Origin: Actinomycetota bacterium
Lineage (GTDB): Bacteria > Actinomycetota > Actinomycetes > Nanopelagicales > Nanopelagicaceae
Direction of reading: 5' to 3'
Length of the DNA: 49,477 bases
Assembly: GCA_041165825.1 (NCBI GenBank)
Contig: JBEAMT010000092.1
Span: 1-49,477 of the forward strand
The first letter of the stretch is position 1. Every line of letters starts with the position of its first letter. The position numbers were made by a program, and so were the translations under genes. The notes under the pieces were generated by a model. The model was not told the origin of the DNA. It ran no database searches and was given only the letters and a program-made list of their open reading frames with translations. Positions 39,324-47,907 of the stretch are shown one piece after another.

Positions 39324-41309
39324 ATGAATAAAACCCTCACCCGTCCACGCGCCTTTTGGGGCGCAACCGTTGCCCTCGCAGCTCTTGCGATCTCAACAAT
39401 CACTCCTATCGCATCTGCCAATACATATTCGGCACCTGCTGCGCCAACAAATGTTGTCGCTACCGCATCCGCAACTGGAATCAAGGTTCGCTGGACAAAA
39501 TCTCCAGATGTAAACCCAGGAATTACGCACTACATCGTTTCTGCGGGAGCTGGCTCATGTCCAGTTATCGCGCGCGCAACAAACCCATCGGTAATCACGC
39601 TACCTGTGCTTGCTGGACAGACAACATTTACCCCAGTTGTCCAAGCAGTAAACGCTTATGGAATCTCACCTGTTGCAAAAGCCAATAGAAGCTTCACGGT
39701 TTCCGCACTAACCGGAACAGCGATCCGCACAGATCTAAAATCTGTCCAGTTCTTACAGTTCAGCGATTTCCACGGTGCGCTTGAAGCATCTGCAACCAGC
39801 ATTGGTGCGGCAGTTCTTACCTCTTCATTTGCCGCAGAGCGCGTGAAGAACCCGGCAACAATTACTGTTTCGTCAGGTGACAATATTGGCGCTGCGCCAC
39901 AGATATCTTCAGCATTTGAAGAAATCCCAACCATCGAAGCGATGAACCTAATGAAGGTTGATGCTTCAGTATTCGGTAATCACGAGCACGATCGCAACGT
40001 TGCCCACCTTGCAAAAGTAATCGGCGCATCTGATTTTCAGTGGGTTACTTCCAACTACAGCACTTTGAACGGACTTGAGTCCGGAACAAAGGCAGCAAAG
40101 GAATACGCAATTATTGAACGCGGCGGCCTAAAGATCGGCATTGTTGGCGCAAATACTTCTCAAACTAAAGAGCAAGTATTCCCAGGTAATTTAATGACCC
40201 CAAGTGGTAAAGAAATTGTTATCGACCCAAGCATGGATGGCGTGAACAAAGCAATTAAGGCGGCTAAGGCTGCTGGTGCTGACTTTGTAGTTGCACTTGT
40301 ACATGAAGGTTGGACTGAAAACCTTGAAGGAAAGGCAGAAGGTCCACTTCCTGCAATTGCGAAGGAAATCCAGGGCGCTGCAATTGTCTTTGGAGCTCAT
40401 AGCCACTTGACATACTCATCATCAAATCCTGGAACTGTCCGTACTGCGCCAACGCTAATTGCTCAGGTTGTTAATTCAGGCGCTGAGTACACACGCTCTG
40501 CAGTCTGCTTCGATACTGCACGTGCCAAGGTTCTTGGTTCATCTGTTGAGTATGTTAAAAAGGCAGATGTGGCAACAGTCGCTGCAGATGCAACGGCAGC
40601 AGCAATGGTTAAAAAATATAAGGATCAACTTTCTCCAAAGCTTGATGTCAAAGTTGGATCCGTCTCTGACCAGTTCCCACGTGGTGGTACACCTGCGGTA
40701 GAACGCTCAGGTGAAAACCCAACCGGTAACTACACAACCGATGTCATCCGCGCTAAGTACAAAGTTGACTTTGTACTTACCAACGGTGGCGGTATCCGCG
40801 ACACACTTCCAGCCAAGACATACACACCTGCAGATAAGACTTTGAAGCGTCCTGCAACTGGATCCACCGGTCCATACGATGTAACTCTTGGTGATGCACT
40901 TACCGTCTATCCATTCGGTAACTCTGTATCAACAACAACGATCACAGGTGCGGGACTTTGGAAGGCCCTTGAAAATGGCGTCTCTAACTTCCCATCAGAT
41001 GGTCGCTTCCCACAGATCTCAGGATTTAAATTCTCCTGGGATTCAACAAAGGCCAAGATGAGTCGCATCGTTTCCGTCACGACACTCGATGGAAAAGCAA
41101 TCGCTGCAGATTCGAAGGAATACACAATCGCAACTCTTGACTTCCTAGTTCAAGGTGGCGATGGATACGCCGGAACATTTGCTCCGTCAAAGTCCAAGGT
41201 GCGCGACTTGTTAGTCGATGTATTGATCGAAGCGCTTAAGGCAGATATGGCAGCCGGTAAGGTCACCAAGATGCCAACGGCAGATGGTCGCATCGTGAAA
41301 GTTGCCTAA
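39324..41309 (+). CDS. Secreted 5'-nucleotidase/metallophosphoesterase with an N-terminal fibronectin-III domain
   Basis: Signal peptide ending ASA; Fn3-like AP.APTNV...W...Y...VQAVNAYG; DFHG, GD, GNHE, H, HSH metal motifs; NGGGIR, PFGN, GGDGY C-domain. Confidence 0.9.
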   Translation: MNKTLTRPRAFWGATVALAALAISTITPIASANTYSAPAAPTNVVATASATGIKVRWTKSPDVNPGITHYIVSAGAGSCPVIARATNPSVITLPVLAGQTTFTPVVQAVNAYGISPVAKANRSFTVSALTGTAIRTDLKSVQFLQFSDFHGALEASATSIGAAVLTSSFAAERVKNPATITVSSGDNIGAAPQISSAFEEIPTIEAMNLMKVDASVFGNHEHDRNVAHLAKVIGASDFQWVTSNYSTLNGLESGTKAAKEYAIIERGGLKIGIVGANTSQTKEQVFPGNLMTPSGKEIVIDPSMDGVNKAIKAAKAAGADFVVALVHEGWTENLEGKAEGPLPAIAKEIQGAAIVFGAHSHLTYSSSNPGTVRTAPTLIAQVVNSGAEYTRSAVCFDTARAKVLGSSVEYVKKADVATVAADATAAAMVKKYKDQLSPKLDVKVGSVSDQFPRGGTPAVERSGENPTGNYTTDVIRAKYKVDFVLTNGGGIRDTLPAKTYTPADKTLKRPATGSTGPYDVTLGDALTVYPFGNSVSTTTITGAGLWKALENGVSNFPSDGRFPQISGFKFSWDSTKAKMSRIVSVTTLDGKAIAADSKEYTIATLDFLVQGGDGYAGTFAPSKSKVRDLLVDVLIEALKADMAAGKVTKMPTADGRIVKVA

Positions 41310-41325
41310 ATAGCTCCGCTTAGAG

Positions 41326-41361
41326 AAAAGGCCCGTCGCACAGGTTGCGGCGGGCCTTTTT
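41326..41361 (+). terminator. Intrinsic terminator
   Basis: AAAAGGCCCGTCGCA-caggt-TGCGGCGGGCC-TTTTT. Confidence 0.85.
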
Positions 41362-41378
41362 GCGCGTGTCGTTCCCAG

Positions 41379-41402
41379 AGATAGTTGAAATTTCAACTAT
41401 CT
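41379..41402. promoter_or_regulatory. Perfect 24-bp palindrome, putative MarR-type operator
   Basis: AGATAGTTGAAA|TTTCAACTATCT, about 75 bp upstream of the DoxX start. Confidence 0.75.
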
Positions 41403-41476
41403 ACCCCTAATATTTATCTCGTAAATAGGGCTGTTAAGTCAGTCAATAAATTAAATTCAAATAAATAAGGAGAACC

Positions 41477-41905
41477 ATGGACGCAGTACTCGTAATTGGC
41501 CGAATTCTTTTCGCCTTTATCTTCATCACATCAGGAATCGCTCACTTCGCAAAGCTTGAAATGATGACCGGCTATGCCAAATACAAGAAGTTGCCTGCTG
41601 CAAAGCTCGGCGTAATCGCGAGCGGACTTTTCTTCCTTCTCGGCGGTATCTACATCGCACTCGGCTTCTGGGTAGACCTAGGAGCGCTAATGCTTGCCAT
41701 TACCTTGGTACTTGCAGCCGTTATCTTCCACAATTACTGGAAAGAGACCGATGCAACTGCAAAGCAGAACGAAATGATCTCATTTAATAAGGATCTTGCT
41801 CTCGCTGGCGCTTCACTAATCATCTTCGCACTTATCTACAGCGGTGCAATCTCAGCAGATGCTTTCGGTCCACATATTGGAAACATCTCATTCTTTAATC
41901 GGTAA
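41477..41905 (+). CDS. DoxX family membrane protein
   Basis: GRIL..FI.SG..H, FHNYW, F.KDLAL.G. AAGGAG SD. Confidence 0.9.
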   Translation: MDAVLVIGRILFAFIFITSGIAHFAKLEMMTGYAKYKKLPAAKLGVIASGLFFLLGGIYIALGFWVDLGALMLAITLVLAAVIFHNYWKETDATAKQNEMISFNKDLALAGASLIIFALIYSGAISADAFGPHIGNISFFNR

Positions 41906-41930
41906 TTGAACAAGTCACTAAATGTTCATC

Positions 41931-41959
41931 AAATGGCCCCCTGGTTTAGGGGGCCATTT
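41931..41959 (+). terminator. Hairpin/terminator after DoxX
   Basis: AAATGGCCCCCT-ggttt-AGGGGGCCATTT, a perfect 12-bp stem. Confidence 0.7.
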
Positions 41960-41984
41960 CGCATTTCAGTGAGATTATTATCAA

Positions 41985-42722
41985 ATGGATACCTTGCTAG
42001 CGGTTATTGCTGGTGGATTTATCGGTGCGATTCTCGGCTTTGTTGGTGCAGGTGGAGCCATGCTTTCTGTACCGATCCTGCTCTACGCATTTGACTTCAC
42101 TGCTATTCCTGCAACAACCGGCGCCCTAGCAATTGTCCTATGTGCAGCCATTGCAGGAGCTATTCCCAAAGCTCGGGCGAAAGAAATTCTTTATCGTGAA
42201 GCGCTTGTGATTTGGGGACTAGGCCTTGTAACCAACCTTGCGGCATCGATTCTTGCTCATAGATTAAGTGATCAGATAATTACTACTGGATTTAGTATCA
42301 CCATAATTTTTGCTGCATTATCAATGATTAAAAAATCTGCCGACCAGGAACAGCGCAGAATGTCGCCCGAAGTTTTGGTGGCGGTTTCACTTGGAATCGG
42401 CGTAATTACCGGCCTCTTTGGAATTGGTGGAGGTTTCATAGTCATTCCGGTCTTAATGCATGCTTTTGGAACTCCAGCGAGAGTTGCATCCGGAACATCG
42501 CTGGTTGTAATTGCCCTTAACTCAATAACTGCTTTTATTGGCCACCAATCACATTGGGATGAAGTCAATTGGAAGATTCCAGTTGTGATGGCGCTGAGTG
42601 CAACAGCAATCGCCTTGCTGGCATCGCACCGCCAATCAAAGAGCAATGAAACGACTAAGAGAGCTTTCGCAGGGCTACTAGTTTTAGTTGCCGCCTTTAC
42701 GATGCTACAGACTTGGGCCTAA
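41985..42722 (+). CDS. Sulfite exporter TauE/SafE family
   Basis: Two G..G.GG...VP repeats, A.GTSL, multi-TM. Confidence 0.85.
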   Translation: MDTLLAVIAGGFIGAILGFVGAGGAMLSVPILLYAFDFTAIPATTGALAIVLCAAIAGAIPKARAKEILYREALVIWGLGLVTNLAASILAHRLSDQIITTGFSITIIFAALSMIKKSADQEQRRMSPEVLVAVSLGIGVITGLFGIGGGFIVIPVLMHAFGTPARVASGTSLVVIALNSITAFIGHQSHWDEVNWKIPVVMALSATAIALLASHRQSKSNETTKRAFAGLLVLVAAFTMLQTWA

Positions 42723-43930
42723 GCGTTAACAGCTTTAATTGATTTCGATAAGAAGCCGGCCATAATCAACATTATTACTGGATAGGCCATACCAATCGAA
42801 AGATTTGTGTACTCGGCAATCAAACCTGTGATTGTTGGACCAAAGAAGAATCCCGCAATTCCAATTACTCCAACACGCGATATTGCAACAGCCGGTGCTA
42901 TCCCCGGAGTCTTACTTGCCGCCAAGATAAATGCAGGAAACATTGGACCGATTCCCAGACCGGCAGCAACAAATCCTATATTTACAATGATCAGCGCGGG
43001 GATCGGATACGTATCAGAGATTGGAATCGAGATTGCTAAGGCAATTCCCCAAATACTTCCACCGATATAACCACCGAGCTTTACCAAACGCGCGGGACCA
43101 AAGTAATCGAGTGCGCGATCTCCTAAAAATCTACTTACGATCATCGCTAGTGCAAATGATGCAAAGGCCGATGCGTAAACGCCTTTGCCGTATCCCATCT
43201 CATCGCGCAATAAAATTGCACCCCAGTCACTTGCTGCACCTTCGCCAACCAAACTCGCGAGAAGTCCACATCCTAAGAACCAAAGTGGCATCACCGATTT
43301 ACCGAAGAATGGGATCTTTGCTTCGTGCTCTTCTTCGCCTTTATGGCCATCGATAGATGCTGGTAGTAAGTAGTAAGCAGCGATCAAATAAGCAATCACT
43401 GAGAAAACAGCAATTGCAATCAGGTTGGTACGTGGTGAAACATGGCGAGTAATTGCGCCACCCAAAACAGTTGTTACAAATGCGCCCATGCTCCACATGG
43501 CATGGAATGAAGACATGTAACGACGGCCAAGTATCTTTTCTACAACTGTTGCCTGAAAGTTGTAACACATATCGATCAAGGCATAACCGAACCCCATCGT
43601 AAATAGCATTAAAAATAAAGCCGCTGCATTAGTAGCAAGACCCATGCCGGCTAGCCCAGCAGGCATGATGAATACGCCGACAAAGATAACTTTCTGCGAA
43701 CCGAAGGTATGCATCAACCTTCCAGCAAGTTGCGCACCCGCAATGGATCCGAAGGTGCTTCCCAGCAAAACAAAGCCAAAAGCGCCATTAGATAGGCCGA
43801 TTAAATCCTTTATTTCCGGGATGCGCGGCACCCAGCCCATCGAAACAATTCCTAGTAAGAGAAAACAGAAACGAAGCGAGTTGCGAGCTGATTTTGCACG
43901 TTGGATCTGATCAACGGCTCCTCTAGACAT
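42719..43930 (-). CDS. MFS transporter
   Basis: About 12 TMs, W.PRIP, MSSFHAMWS.G, EG...DW, RFLGD. Start set at ATG 43930. Confidence 0.88.
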   Translation of the reverse strand: MSRGAVDQIQRAKSARNSLRFCFLLLGIVSMGWVPRIPEIKDLIGLSNGAFGFVLLGSTFGSIAGAQLAGRLMHTFGSQKVIFVGVFIMPAGLAGMGLATNAAALFLMLFTMGFGYALIDMCYNFQATVVEKILGRRYMSSFHAMWSMGAFVTTVLGGAITRHVSPRTNLIAIAVFSVIAYLIAAYYLLPASIDGHKGEEEHEAKIPFFGKSVMPLWFLGCGLLASLVGEGAASDWGAILLRDEMGYGKGVYASAFASFALAMIVSRFLGDRALDYFGPARLVKLGGYIGGSIWGIALAISIPISDTYPIPALIIVNIGFVAAGLGIGPMFPAFILAASKTPGIAPAVAISRVGVIGIAGFFFGPTITGLIAEYTNLSIGMAYPVIMLIMAGFLSKSIKAVNA

Positions 43931-43952
43931 TTGCCAAGGGTATCCTGCAACC
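43931..43952. promoter_or_regulatory. Bidirectional leaderless promoter
   Basis: TATCCT (+, 43941-46) and TACCCT (-, 43937-42) share a central TA; each lies six nt from its ATG. Confidence 0.65.
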
Positions 43953-44441
43953 ATGGATGGCATCTTAGAAAAAGCTGCGGTTAAGCGATTTATTCAAGCC
44001 GCAAGGGACCTTGGGGTAAAGGGACAGGTAACAATACTTGCCGAGACTGCCCGCACCGCGGTAGATGCCGCAAGCGGCTTGGGCATCGAAGTCGGCCAAA
44101 TCGCATCATCGCTGATCTTTAAATTGCCTTCTGGAAATCCACTCTTGGTTATCACCAGCGGACGCCATCGAGTTGATACCGAACTAGTCGCAACGAATTT
44201 AGGAATCGCCGAACTCGGTCGCGCTGATGCAAATTATGTAAAAGAAGTCTCGGGTTACTCAGTTGGTGGCGTCGCACCACTTGGTTGGATTAGCACGCCT
44301 GAGAAAATTCTGATTGATCAAGCACTCAACGATTACGAGGTGGTTTGGGCAGCATCTGGCCACCCCCATGCCGTTTACCCAACGTCTTTTGCAGAACTAG
44401 TTGCATGTACTGGCGCAACACCAATGGTCGTTGGAGATTAA
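43953..44441 (+). CDS. YbaK/EbsC family aminoacyl-tRNA deacylase-like protein
   Basis: A..LG.E..QI..SLIF, GYSVGGVAP, VWAASG. Confidence 0.88.
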   Translation: MDGILEKAAVKRFIQAARDLGVKGQVTILAETARTAVDAASGLGIEVGQIASSLIFKLPSGNPLLVITSGRHRVDTELVATNLGIAELGRADANYVKEVSGYSVGGVAPLGWISTPEKILIDQALNDYEVVWAASGHPHAVYPTSFAELVACTGATPMVVGD

Positions 44442-44836
44442 CCCAATAGTTCGCTAAGCAACTTCTCCACTCGGGTTTTAATTTCATCTCTGATCACTCG
44501 TACAGATTCAATCCCCTGCCCTGCAGGATCATCAAGTACCCAATCTTCGTAACGCTTTCCAGGATAGAACGGGCAGACATCTCCGCAACCCATAGTGATT
44601 ACGGCATCTGATTCTTGTACTGCCTCAGTAGTTAAAACTTTTGGGGTGTTATTTGCAATATCAATTCCTACTTCAGCCATAGCTTCCACAGCAATGGGAT
44701 TAATTGAATCTTTTGGCGCAGAACCTGCAGAGAGCACTTCTACGCGCCCCTGACCGAGTTCACGCATAAAGCCCGCCGCCATTTGTGAACGACCAGCATT
44801 GTGTACGCAGACGAAGAGAACTGTTGGTTTACTCAT
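44438..44836 (-). CDS. arsC: Arsenate reductase (LMW-PTP fold)
   Basis: CVHNAGRS (CX5R), TMGCGDVCP, DDP, IRDEI. Confidence 0.9.
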   Translation of the reverse strand: MSKPTVLFVCVHNAGRSQMAAGFMRELGQGRVEVLSAGSAPKDSINPIAVEAMAEVGIDIANNTPKVLTTEAVQESDAVITMGCGDVCPFYPGKRYEDWVLDDPAGQGIESVRVIRDEIKTRVEKLLSELLG

Positions 44837-45526
44837 TTAACTCTCGTTTCCTGTCCTATTTGGTGAATTAATAAATTTAGTTAGCACTAACCCCAAGAGC
44901 GCGCCCAGGATCTGCGCTGCGATAAAGGGTGCAACCGAACTTGGCGCGATTCCAGCGAAAGTATCTGAGAGCGTTCTGGCTATGGTCACTGCTGGGTTAG
45001 CAAAGCTAGTTGATGAAGTAAAGAAATACGCTGCTGATATGTATGCGCCAACAAGTACTGGAATCTTGGCTTCGCTCTTTTGCGCTATGGAAGTGAAAAT
45101 AATAAAGACCAACCCAGCGGTCGCCAAGATTTCACTCACGACTAGCTCAGCACCTGTGCGATCTTTCTGTGAAATCTCAATAATCGGCAAACTAAAAATG
45201 AAGTTAGCAAATGCAACTCCAATTACCGCTCCAACGAACTGTGCACCTAGGTAGGCACCAGCGAGCGAGGCGGTGATGTTCTTCCTGTAACACTGAATTG
45301 CCGTTACAACGGGATTGAAGTGGGCGCCGCTTATTGGTCCAAGCAAGGTGATTAAAATATAGAGAATAAGTCCGGTCGCCGCTGAGTTAATTGTTAGTTG
45401 CACGCCGATATCTTGTGAAAGATTGGTAGCCATAACTCCCGAGCCGATGACAACGAGCAATAGAGTGCATGTGCCAACGGCCTCAGCGATAGTTCCTCGA
45501 AGATTCACGGAACTATCATCGGCCAC
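44837..45526 (-). CDS. MIP/aquaporin (AqpS-like arsenite channel)
   Basis: SGAHFNPV and STSFANPA motifs; directly upstream of arsC. Confidence 0.85.
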   Translation of the reverse strand: MADDSSVNLRGTIAEAVGTCTLLLVVIGSGVMATNLSQDIGVQLTINSAATGLILYILITLLGPISGAHFNPVVTAIQCYRKNITASLAGAYLGAQFVGAVIGVAFANFIFSLPIIEISQKDRTGAELVVSEILATAGLVFIIFTSIAQKSEAKIPVLVGAYISAAYFFTSSTSFANPAVTIARTLSDTFAGIAPSSVAPFIAAQILGALLGLVLTKFINSPNRTGNES

Positions 45527-45574
45527 AGATGAGCAGGTAATCTCTCATGCCACGGAGTAATATCTGTATTTAAG

Positions 45575-46378
45575 ATGAACCTTTCATTACAACTCTCTCC
45601 ATCTTCGGCTACGCAAGCGCCTCACATCGTTCTGGTGCATGGGATGGGCTCTGCAGCCACCGCATGGAAGCCACTGACTCCGCTGCTTCAAAGTCGCTTC
45701 AACGTCATAACTGTCGACTTGCCGGGCCATGGCAAAACCCCTCTCGATAAATCACAACCTATGGATCCGCGTTCATTAGCAACTCTGGTAGTTAGGGAGG
45801 TGGAGCGAAAGCTTGGCGTTACCGAATTTGATCTAGTTGGAAATTCTTGGGGTGGATGGATCGCACTTGAAATGGCAGCTGCATATCCGCAAAAGGTTAA
45901 GAGCATAGTTGCGCTAGCACCTGCTGGATTCTGGTTGGCAACCTTTGTCCAGCGATACCCAGGAACATCAGCGCTTCGCTTCCTAGCCAAAAATTCTGCT
46001 GCACTTGCGCCAACATTTTTAAAGTTTGAATGGTCGCGCAAATTGGGTTTTGAATCCGTAAGTCCGCGTTGGCGTGAATTTTCTACGGAGCTTTGTTTAG
46101 ATGCAACTTTGGCAATGGCAAATTCTCCCGGTTACTTTCCGGCTTGGGATGGAATGTTAAAAAAACGATTTGCTTCCAAAATTGATCCAGCGATACCAGT
46201 GACAATCATCTTTGGAGATTCGGATAACACGCTGCCAGAGACAACCTGTCAAGAACGCACGATGGCTCCATCTCATGCGCAATGGAAAATTTTTAGCGAG
46301 TGCGGCCATGCTCCGATGTGGGATCACCCAGAGGAAGTTGCTGCAGAAATCTTTACTGCTGCCGGTATAAATAAATGA
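45575..46378 (+). CDS. Alpha/beta hydrolase
   Basis: HG, DLPGHG, GNSWGG nucleophile, D, GH.PM.D.P. Confidence 0.88.
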   Translation: MNLSLQLSPSSATQAPHIVLVHGMGSAATAWKPLTPLLQSRFNVITVDLPGHGKTPLDKSQPMDPRSLATLVVREVERKLGVTEFDLVGNSWGGWIALEMAAAYPQKVKSIVALAPAGFWLATFVQRYPGTSALRFLAKNSAALAPTFLKFEWSRKLGFESVSPRWREFSTELCLDATLAMANSPGYFPAWDGMLKKRFASKIDPAIPVTIIFGDSDNTLPETTCQERTMAPSHAQWKIFSECGHAPMWDHPEEVAAEIFTAAGINK

Positions 46379-47052
46379 GCGATGATCTTGTAACAGTTAT
46401 CTATTTTTGGAAAATAAAACGCCGCAAAGTTGGCTTTGCGCTGCTTCGCATGGCTTTAGATCGTGGCTCACTTCGCAGATTTAAAGGTGTGCGCTTTGCC
46501 AAGATGCTCGGGGCTGGAAAAGGTGAAACCTTTACGCCACGCGATGCCGATATAACTCGTTGGGGTGCACTCTCGGTTATCGAAAGCTCAAGATTGAATG
46601 CTTTAGATGACTCCAAATTGGTAAAGCGTTGGCGAAAAAATAGTGATGCAGAAGTTCGTTATTTAGTAGATCCAATCTCTTCTCATGGCTTATGGGCAAA
46701 GGTAAATCCATTTGATTATATGAAGAGCTCTAGCGAAGGCGAAGTCGTGGCCATTACTCGCGCCAGAATCAAATGGGCCCAGAACATGCGTTTCTGGAAA
46801 GCCGTACCTCCTGTCACATCAAGTCTCCTCTCATCACCTGGCCTGTTGCAGACAATCGGAATTGGTGAGGCCCCAATTGGCTTACAAGGAACTTTTTCAC
46901 ATTGGCGCTCCGGAGCAGATCTCCGAAACTTCGCATATAAGGGAGCCGCCCATCAAGAAGCGATTGCGGCAACAGAACGCCACGGTTGGTATGCAGAAGA
47001 ACTCTTTGCACGCTTTGCACTACGTGAAATCCGCGGTTCGCTCGATAAATAG
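46375..47052 (+). CDS. crtA: Spheroidene monooxygenase CrtA-like protein
   Basis: FAKMLGAG.G.TF, HGLW, ITRA, FW, GIGEAP..LQGTFS.W, FAY...H, WY.EELFARF. Confidence 0.8.
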   Translation: MSDDLVTVIYFWKIKRRKVGFALLRMALDRGSLRRFKGVRFAKMLGAGKGETFTPRDADITRWGALSVIESSRLNALDDSKLVKRWRKNSDAEVRYLVDPISSHGLWAKVNPFDYMKSSSEGEVVAITRARIKWAQNMRFWKAVPPVTSSLLSSPGLLQTIGIGEAPIGLQGTFSHWRSGADLRNFAYKGAAHQEAIAATERHGWYAEELFARFALREIRGSLDK

Positions 47053-47091
47053 CGGTAGTTGCTTAAGCAATTACTAGGGCAGAATTAGCCT

Positions 47092-47895
47092 ATGTCGATT
47101 CGTCATTACAACCCCCGTAGGCGCCAGCGCCGTGGGATTTCGGATCGCTCACGACTCTTTCTATATTTAATTCTGAGTATCGCCCTTCTATTACAAGTTT
47201 CATATCCACTGCTTGAGGGCGAAGTGCTTCGCGTTGTGACAATAGCCACGGTTTATTGGGGCGCTGCTGCTATGGCGCTACATGCCTTGCTCTCTTTTGG
47301 CGGAAGATACGCACTTACCTACTTGGTAATTTCACTTACATTTGGATTCTTCATTGAGCTAATTGGAGTTGAAACTGGTTGGCCATTTGGTGTTTATAAA
47401 TACGATCCATCACTTGGGCCGCAATTGATTAGCGTTCCGCTGGTCGTTCCTTTTGCTTGGGCAATGATCGCGCATCCAATTTTATGTGTCGCCCGTCGCG
47501 TAACTAAGAATTGGGTTTTTCTATACGGCGGCTTTGGAATGATGGCTTATGACCTATTCCTTGATCCGCAGATGGTTAATGGTGGTCGGTGGACTTGGGA
47601 AGTAACCGGTGCACATGTTCCTCTTACTCCAGAGATTCCATTATCAAATACCTTTGGCTGGCTCTTATCGGGTATGGCGCTAATCGCCATGTTGCACTTG
47701 GCGCTGCCGCGCGAACGTCGCAAGCAAAGTGCGAGTTATACCGCCGTTGATTTCTTCTTAATCTGGACCTGGTTCGGTGGGATCGTCTCAAATCTATTCT
47801 TCTTTGATCGCCCTGGAATTGCCTTTCTATTTGGAACCGCTTTCGGCGCTTTCCTAGCGCCATATCTATTCTCGCGCTGGCTCGGGCGCCCCTAA
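47092..47895 (+). CDS. cruF: Carotenoid 1',2'-hydratase CruF (DUF422) family
   Basis: E.IGV.TG.PFG.Y.Y, VP.VVP.AW, DLFLDP, W.W, IPLSN.FGW. Confidence 0.82.
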   Translation: MSIRHYNPRRRQRRGISDRSRLFLYLILSIALLLQVSYPLLEGEVLRVVTIATVYWGAAAMALHALLSFGGRYALTYLVISLTFGFFIELIGVETGWPFGVYKYDPSLGPQLISVPLVVPFAWAMIAHPILCVARRVTKNWVFLYGGFGMMAYDLFLDPQMVNGGRWTWEVTGAHVPLTPEIPLSNTFGWLLSGMALIAMLHLALPRERRKQSASYTAVDFFLIWTWFGGIVSNLFFFDRPGIAFLFGTAFGAFLAPYLFSRWLGRP

Positions 47896-47907
47896 ACTTT
47901 TTCTACC

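Noticed and set aside
45521-45533. GGCCACAGATGAG is identical to 33236-33248
   Set aside because: Several 13-mer matches are expected by chance in 50 kb, and there is no shared context.
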